A DNA stretch of 64,000 bases. Source: Saccostrea echinata. Lineage: Eukaryota. Positions 59,701-64,000 of this stretch are shown here, piece after piece. The stretch's first letter is position 1. Each line of letters opens with the position of its first letter. The notes beneath the pieces were generated by a model, which was not told the DNA's origin, did no database searches, and saw only the letters and a list, made by a program, of their open reading frames with translations. The stretch covers positions 10,726,001-10,790,000 of the forward strand of contig NW_026889759.1 of the NCBI RefSeq assembly GCF_033153115.1, written 5' to 3'. The position numbers and the translations under genes were made by a program.

Positions 59701-62700
59701 CTGGACAATTTGTTTGATATGTGGTCTAGGTAAACCATTCTACAGAAAAGTTGAAGAATTCTTGTTAGATTCCATAATGATATGTGATAAATACATGCAG
59801 TATCTAGCACTCCATTTTAGTTTACCTATTGGTGACAATGTCATCCCACACAACCTCAGGGTCCAATAGTGGATGTAGGGACCTGTTCTGCCATCTCTCT
59901 ATTAGCAAGTTAGCAGGCCCCGCTGATGTAAAATTGCCTGAAATAGAACACAATTTACATATAAGTATATTATTTTTACATTTGAATGTGTACAACATTC
60001 AGTCACATTCAACTAGTACATGTAATTCTTAAATTAAATTACAGTTAAATTCCCTAGATATTAACGAAAGCGTTTATATTCCAAACCCATCTAATAGAAT
60101 CCTGCTACCATTACAGACCCGAAGAACGGGGGGATGGGCTTTTTTTGAGTATAGTATTTTGCTGGTTGCCCCCCCCCCCCCCCTTTCAACTTTTTGTTGC
60201 AGTAAGGTCGATTGGACGGTTAATTATGGGTTTTTTTCTTGCTTGTCAGATTATTTTGGGAAGTTGGCCCCCTCACTTTTTGGTCAGTTTTTCTTCTTGC
60301 TTGTCAGATATTTTTGGGAAGTTGCCCCCCCCCCCCTTTTGAAACTGTTGCTATGGGCATGCATTATTATTGTCATGCTACAGCAATAAAAAATTACCTT
60401 CTTATTAAAGAAACTTAAAAAATTTAGAATAAATATTACTTCTGAAGCCAGAGATTCTGTGGCAATATATGTTTTTGCTAATTTAAGTGATTACACTAGC
60501 CTACATATAAAACTAAAACTGGAATAAATCCAACAGAGACTGTATATCCTGTAGCTGCACATTTGTCTTCTCTAAAACTGACTAAATCATAAACCTAAGA
60601 AACTCATGTAGTTCCAATAAGGGCTGGAGATTCTGTAGTTACACACTTAATAATAGTTTCTGCTTGTAAAGTGACTTACACTCAAGCTCCATAAGTTGAG
60701 GAAATTCTGTAGTTTAACCAAAAGCTAAGTAAACACAGATTTACAATGATACACTGACTTACTCTCAAGCTCCATAAAGCTCAGAAATTCCCGTAGCTCC
60801 ACTAGTGGTTGTAGATTCTGTAGCTGGCTTCTCCTGCTGACAGACATCAGACTGTCTGTGCTGCTCCAGTCCTGGTAAAAGGAAACCAACATCAGTAAAA
60901 TTCTTGCTTCAACTATCTAGCACTACTATTCAGAGTCTTAAAATAATAATTTACAACAAAGGATAAGAGAGAAGAGTCTGAGTTATTTTATCTGAATGAA
61001 GACTTATATCGGTATACCAGCAAGAACTGTTGGGATGCCATTGTGGAATAGTGCCTTGCTCTGTCATAGTCCCCCTGCCAGATGTACATCAAAGCCAGCT
61101 CCTCACAATATCGACTCTGTCAAAACAAAGTACACTGCAAAATGACCGTTCAAACTTTTAAAATCAGAATCCAAGGCTTTATCATTATTCTTTGTCAGGT
61201 ATTGTGCCACTGATAATCTGTCATTCATTCATCAGGAAATAAGATAGATCTAGTTTTAGTATACCTCTATCAGGGCCTTCTGGTCTGGCTGCTTCATACA
61301 GTCATCAATAAAAGTCAGTAATGGCTGCTGATCATCATCTCCATGTAGCATTAGCTTCACCTTACTTCTGATGATGTATGGCAAGTAGTGTTCCTGTCAA
61401 ATTACAACCAGTATGCCTCATGATTTGTTGCAAATAATGTACCCATCAAAGTAAACCAAAACAAAAAGCCAATGTCTTCTTAAGGCTATAACTGCAGTGT
61501 ATGATGTGTCCTTTAAAATGACCTTGATCTGCCCTTGACCTGACCTGGTAGTATGTATCCTTCCACACTTGGTTGATAGACTTGCTGTTGATTCCAGACA
61601 TGGCCACTCCCTCCAGCTCCTTCCACTGAGACAGGTTGTCTAGGCACTAGAATGAAAGTAAATTTACAACATTATTCCACTTTTATCATTTATCAATAGT
61701 CTCTATTAGTAGAAGATTTTACTCAGAAATTAACTATCTGTAAGATACCTCCATCCTAGATTCATCCCACATATCCACTTCAATGGTGGGTGGAGTTTCA
61801 TCCCACTCTTCACATGACATGGCCTGTTTTAATTAAAAGAAACATATTACCATGGTTCGAAAAAATTGATGGCCCGCTGGTCTGGAGCCAGTGAATTTTT
61901 AATCTGGGCTAGTACATTGTAGAGGGCATGTGTCTTTTGGGTCAGTGCTTTTTTATGCATAATAAAATTCATTCATGATTGAGCTAGTTACATGTAACTT
62001 GACAGGGGTGTGTGTTCAAGTCCTGTCGTTTCTTGTTTTGTTAAGTTGTTCTATTAAGTATCACAATATAAACAAAATATTATTATTATTCTTACGGTTT
62101 CGGGCCAGTTCTTTTAAAATCTACTGGCCCAGTGAGACAGTGAAAGTACCCAGTTGATCAGTAAAAATTTAAGGTATTAGCCTGAGTGACCAGTGAAAAA
62201 AAATTATTTCTAGCCCTGATTACTAGCTAAAATCCCCCCCCCCCCTTTCAAAAAAAAGAAATAACTACATCATATCAAATACCAAGGACTAAATGTCAAT
62301 ACATGTACAGTGTATATAAATTAGATCCCCCTCCCCCTTTCTCTGTCTCTTCCCATCTATTTGACCTAATCGTACAGTTAAACAGCTTTGTAGTAGTCTC
62401 CTCTCTCTGCTACCTTCCCCCTCTCCCCCCTCCCTCCCTCTCTCTCTGACCTGATTATAGAGATTAACAGCTTTGTAGTACTCCTCCCCCTTCTCTCTCT
62501 GACCTGATTGTAGAGTTTAACAGCTTTGTAGTAGCCCCCCGCCCTTTTCTCTCTTACCTGATTGTACAGTTTAACAGCTTTGTAATAGTCTCCTCTGGCC
62601 TCCATTTGTACAGCCTCCTTTGTGATTTCCTGTGTTCCTATCTTGTCACTGAAGATCCCCAGCAGTACATCATAGTCCTTCACTGATTTATACAATCTGT

Positions 62701-63267
62701 AATACAAAATCATACTTACTCTTTAATACACATATATTTCCTGGATTTGACTATATTTTGATGAATTCCCCATTTCCCTTTTACCAAGAGAAAGACGTTT
62801 TTGTGAAACTCAATGCCCTTTCAGTAGATAAAATTCAAGGAAGGCAATTTGTATCAGACCTACAAAATTTGATCTAACATGAGGCCTTGACCAAATATAT
62901 CTATTATAGTGTCTCTTTGACTCCAAAAGTTACAATTAAAGGTCAAAAGGTGAACAGTCAGTAAAAAAATTAAATGATGGACATTCAAACAGAGGTTTAA
63001 TATCCCATTTAATCTTTTCTCTAAGAAGAATAAGTATGTACAAGTAGTTTCTGTAAAGTTGCAATGAAGTGAATCAGGTGGTAGGAGACACAGATGTACA
63101 ATGGTAAATCGGTACATCCATCCTTTTGGTGTGAGAGTTCAGTTACCTTGCAAGTTCAATCCAGCTTCTTGTGTCTCTGGATACAACTGCTCCCTCACTT
63201 CTTCCTCTCTTTGATGGCCGTTCATCTTCGTTCTGTGATATTAGTTGCTCCTCCAGTACACAGATTC
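43411..63267 (-). CDS. PRKDC: DNA-dependent protein kinase catalytic subunit, 3' part (FAT, PI3K-like kinase, FATC); gene continues past 64000
   Basis: Exons in transcript order: 63147-63267, 62558-62696, 61749-61823, 61545-61646, 61265-61393, 61018-61116, 60763-60871, 59826-59937, 59547-59739, 58537-58681, 56419-56609, 56072-56231, 55683-55855, 55387-55509, 55174-55250, 54839-54932, 54232-54430, 54036-54104, 51842-51992, 49575-49642, 49170-49390, 47918-48013, 47321-47473, 45142-45343, 44106-44294, 43911-43950, 43705-43801, 43411-43615. Motifs: [29 protein letters not shown]...[59 protein letters not shown], and [26 protein letters not shown]. Confidence 0.97.
44583..44757. mobile_element. 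Tigger/pogo-like MITE, short relative of 24272-25002
   Basis: TA-CAGTAAAACA...GCTTATAATGA...GCAAAATTGTCCGTCCCTGGCACTTCGTT...GTTTTAATG-TA. Confidence 0.7.
44764..44938. mobile_element. Tc1/mariner (pogo/Tigger-like) MITE, copy 3
   Basis: TA-CAGTTGAACTTCGGTATCTCGAAC...GTTCGAGATAACGAGGTTTGACTA-TA. Confidence 0.8.
45920..47052 (+). mobile_element. Degenerate Helentron/HINE element with decayed Cg170-like monomers
   Basis: TTAGCTC...CTGATCACATGTTGTCTGGC start, repeated GGG(T)GGGGCCACAATAGGG and TAGATTCTAAATTGTTCAAATCATG, end CTGGTGAGCATTGTGGCCTTTGGGCCTTG. Confidence 0.65.
48765..49160 (-). repeat. About five decaying tandem copies (~95-100-bp period) of the 3' end and donor of PRKDC exon 49170-49390
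   Basis: Copies of CCAGCCTGTAAACAGAGGAAC...CAAGTCATTCCAATGACACCAAG|GT at ~49064-49150, 48972-49036, 48878-48962, plus fragments at ~48815-48865 and 48765-48810. Confidence 0.9.
49930..50408 (-). mobile_element. Helentron-associated (HINE-like) element with (GACA)n and two ~146-bp units
   Basis: TAGTCCCCTACCGG at the left; TAGTCCCCTCCGGTTTCACCGGTAGGGGACTA hairpin at the right; duplicated CC(A/G)TAATTCCGTCAAAAAT.AATGAAGCGG...CACATACCAAAAATCAGCTCAATATCT. Confidence 0.8.
50727..51555 (+). mobile_element. Solo LTR (probably Gypsy-type)
   Basis: TGTTACG...CGTTACA ends, 4-bp TSD ATAT, TATAAAAG at ~51056 and AATAAA at ~51337. It interrupts a host repeat unit GTTTGATAAAATAT|CTTGAATAG whose intact version is at ~49793-49830. 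Confidence 0.82.
52101..53775 (-). mobile_element. Helentron/HINE element with ~8 Cg170-like monomers (same family as 37284-39422, opposite strand)
   Basis: AACAAGAGGCCCATGGGCCACATCACTCACCTGAGC...TTGAGCTTTCAGCTCAGGTGAGCTAAAAA with repeated CCCCGGGGGTCATGATTTGAACAAACTTGAATCTACACTACCTGAGGATGCTTCC. Confidence 0.88.
57602..58509. mobile_element. Tigger/pogo-like non-autonomous element
   Basis: TA-CAGTAAACTTCTTTTATAAC / GTTATAAAAGATGTTTACTG-TA with subterminal TATAAC/TATAAAGTA repeats. Confidence 0.8.
60395..60720 (-). repeat. Decaying copies of the 3' end and donor of PRKDC exon 60763-60871
   Basis: 60672-60715 (TGACTTACACTCAAGCTCCATAAG..GAAATTCTGTAG) mirrors 60755-60797. Further GATTCTGT(A/G)G-anchored remnants lie at ~60630, ~60545 and ~60452. 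Confidence 0.7.
61851..62218. mobile_element. Degenerate CA(G/T)GG-ended MITE with an apparent 5-bp TSD (similar to 13041-13375)
   Basis: CATGGTTCGAAA / TTTCTAGCCCTG ends with ATTAC on both sides; GGGCCAGT/GGGCTAGT repeats. Confidence 0.6.
62361..62557 (-). repeat. Three tandem copies of the 3' end and donor of PRKDC exon 62558-62696 ([12 protein letters not shown]|GT)
   Basis: ACCT(G/A)AT..TA.AG.TT.AACAGCTTTGTAGTA at 62502, 62449 and 62364, separated by GA-rich spacers; visible in ORF 62378-62713. Confidence 0.9.
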
Positions 63268-63285
63268 CTATGGAAAGAACAGATG

Positions 63286-64000
63286 TAACAAGAACGAGAG
63301 GCCTATGGGCCACAGTGCTCACCTGAGTTACTTTTCTCTTCCTGACAAATAAATGTATACGTAAAAAAATAAAAGCCCTCGTTGCAGCCGAAAAGAAAGA
63401 CAAATGCCAAGTTTTAAATAAGTTAAATCTACAGCATTTTGGTAAAAAAAATTACAGCCTTGATTTTATTAAAATCTACACAGTGTGAATTCGTTTCACA
63501 ACCTTTCCCTAACTTGGAAAGGGGGGGGGGGGGGAGGAGGATATGACATAACAAATTAGGATTTACACTATCTAAGAAGTTTACTTATTGACATGAGAAA
63601 TTGCGGGGGGGGGGGGGGGTTTCTAAGGAAAGAATTTTGAAGAATCTTTCCTTCCAGGGAAAAAAACTAGAAATATGTCCATAGGATAGGAAGACCTGCC
63701 CAATGTATCACAACAGTAAAAAAGAATTGTACTTTCCTTCTTTGATCTGAAGTTATCTTTTATGGAATTCATAAAGATGAAATATATGCAAGAGTAAAAT
63801 GAGAAAAAAATGTTAAATTCAAGGTCATACACTTATGTGTGTCAGTATACAAAGTTTGAAGACAATATCTTGAACATTTTTTTGAAACTTAGGTATGTGC
63901 AAAATTAAGGAGAAGTGAAGTCAAGGTCATTGGAAGCTCAACACAAGATAATAATGGCACAGTTGAATAGCTGTTACCAATTTGTATAAGTGTATTAAGT
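63286..64000 (-). mobile_element. Helentron/HINE-like fragments
   Basis: AACAAG...GAGGCCTATGGGCCACAGTGCTCACCTGAG end at ~63288-63328. ACTAGAAATATGTCCATAGGA at ~63666 is shared with ~49711. Confidence 0.55.

Overview
AT-rich, intron-rich animal genomic DNA, most likely an oyster (Ostreidae). That call is inferred from Helentron-type elements carrying the ~166-bp Cg170-like satellite. Five spliced genes could be reconstructed by hand: DSCC1 (minus strand, 5' part, runs off the left edge), ALG6 (minus, complete), EFCAB7 (plus, complete, head-to-head with ALG6), PRIMPOL (plus, complete) and PRKDC/DNA-PKcs (minus, 3' part with FAT, kinase and FATC, runs off the right edge). Introns hold many non-autonomous DNA transposons, a solo LTR and Helentron/satellite elements; I found no autonomous transposase ORF. 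Most unusual observations: (1) a 2.3-kb TIR element with seven perfect, same-orientation copies of the 15-mer TGTTGCACTCCTGAC separated by unique spacers; (2) tandem copies of exon 3' ends with their splice donors in three PRKDC introns; (3) a cassette of five phase-1 symmetric exons in EFCAB7, including a 993-nt GSKVSLKS-repeat exon; (4) internal evidence that the very abundant TACATGTA motif is a transposon excision footprint; (5) a 27-bp palindromic element with a perfect 7-bp target-site duplication; (6) a U12 intron in ALG6 and a GC-AG intron in PRIMPOL. All coordinates were read by eye and may be off by a few bases.
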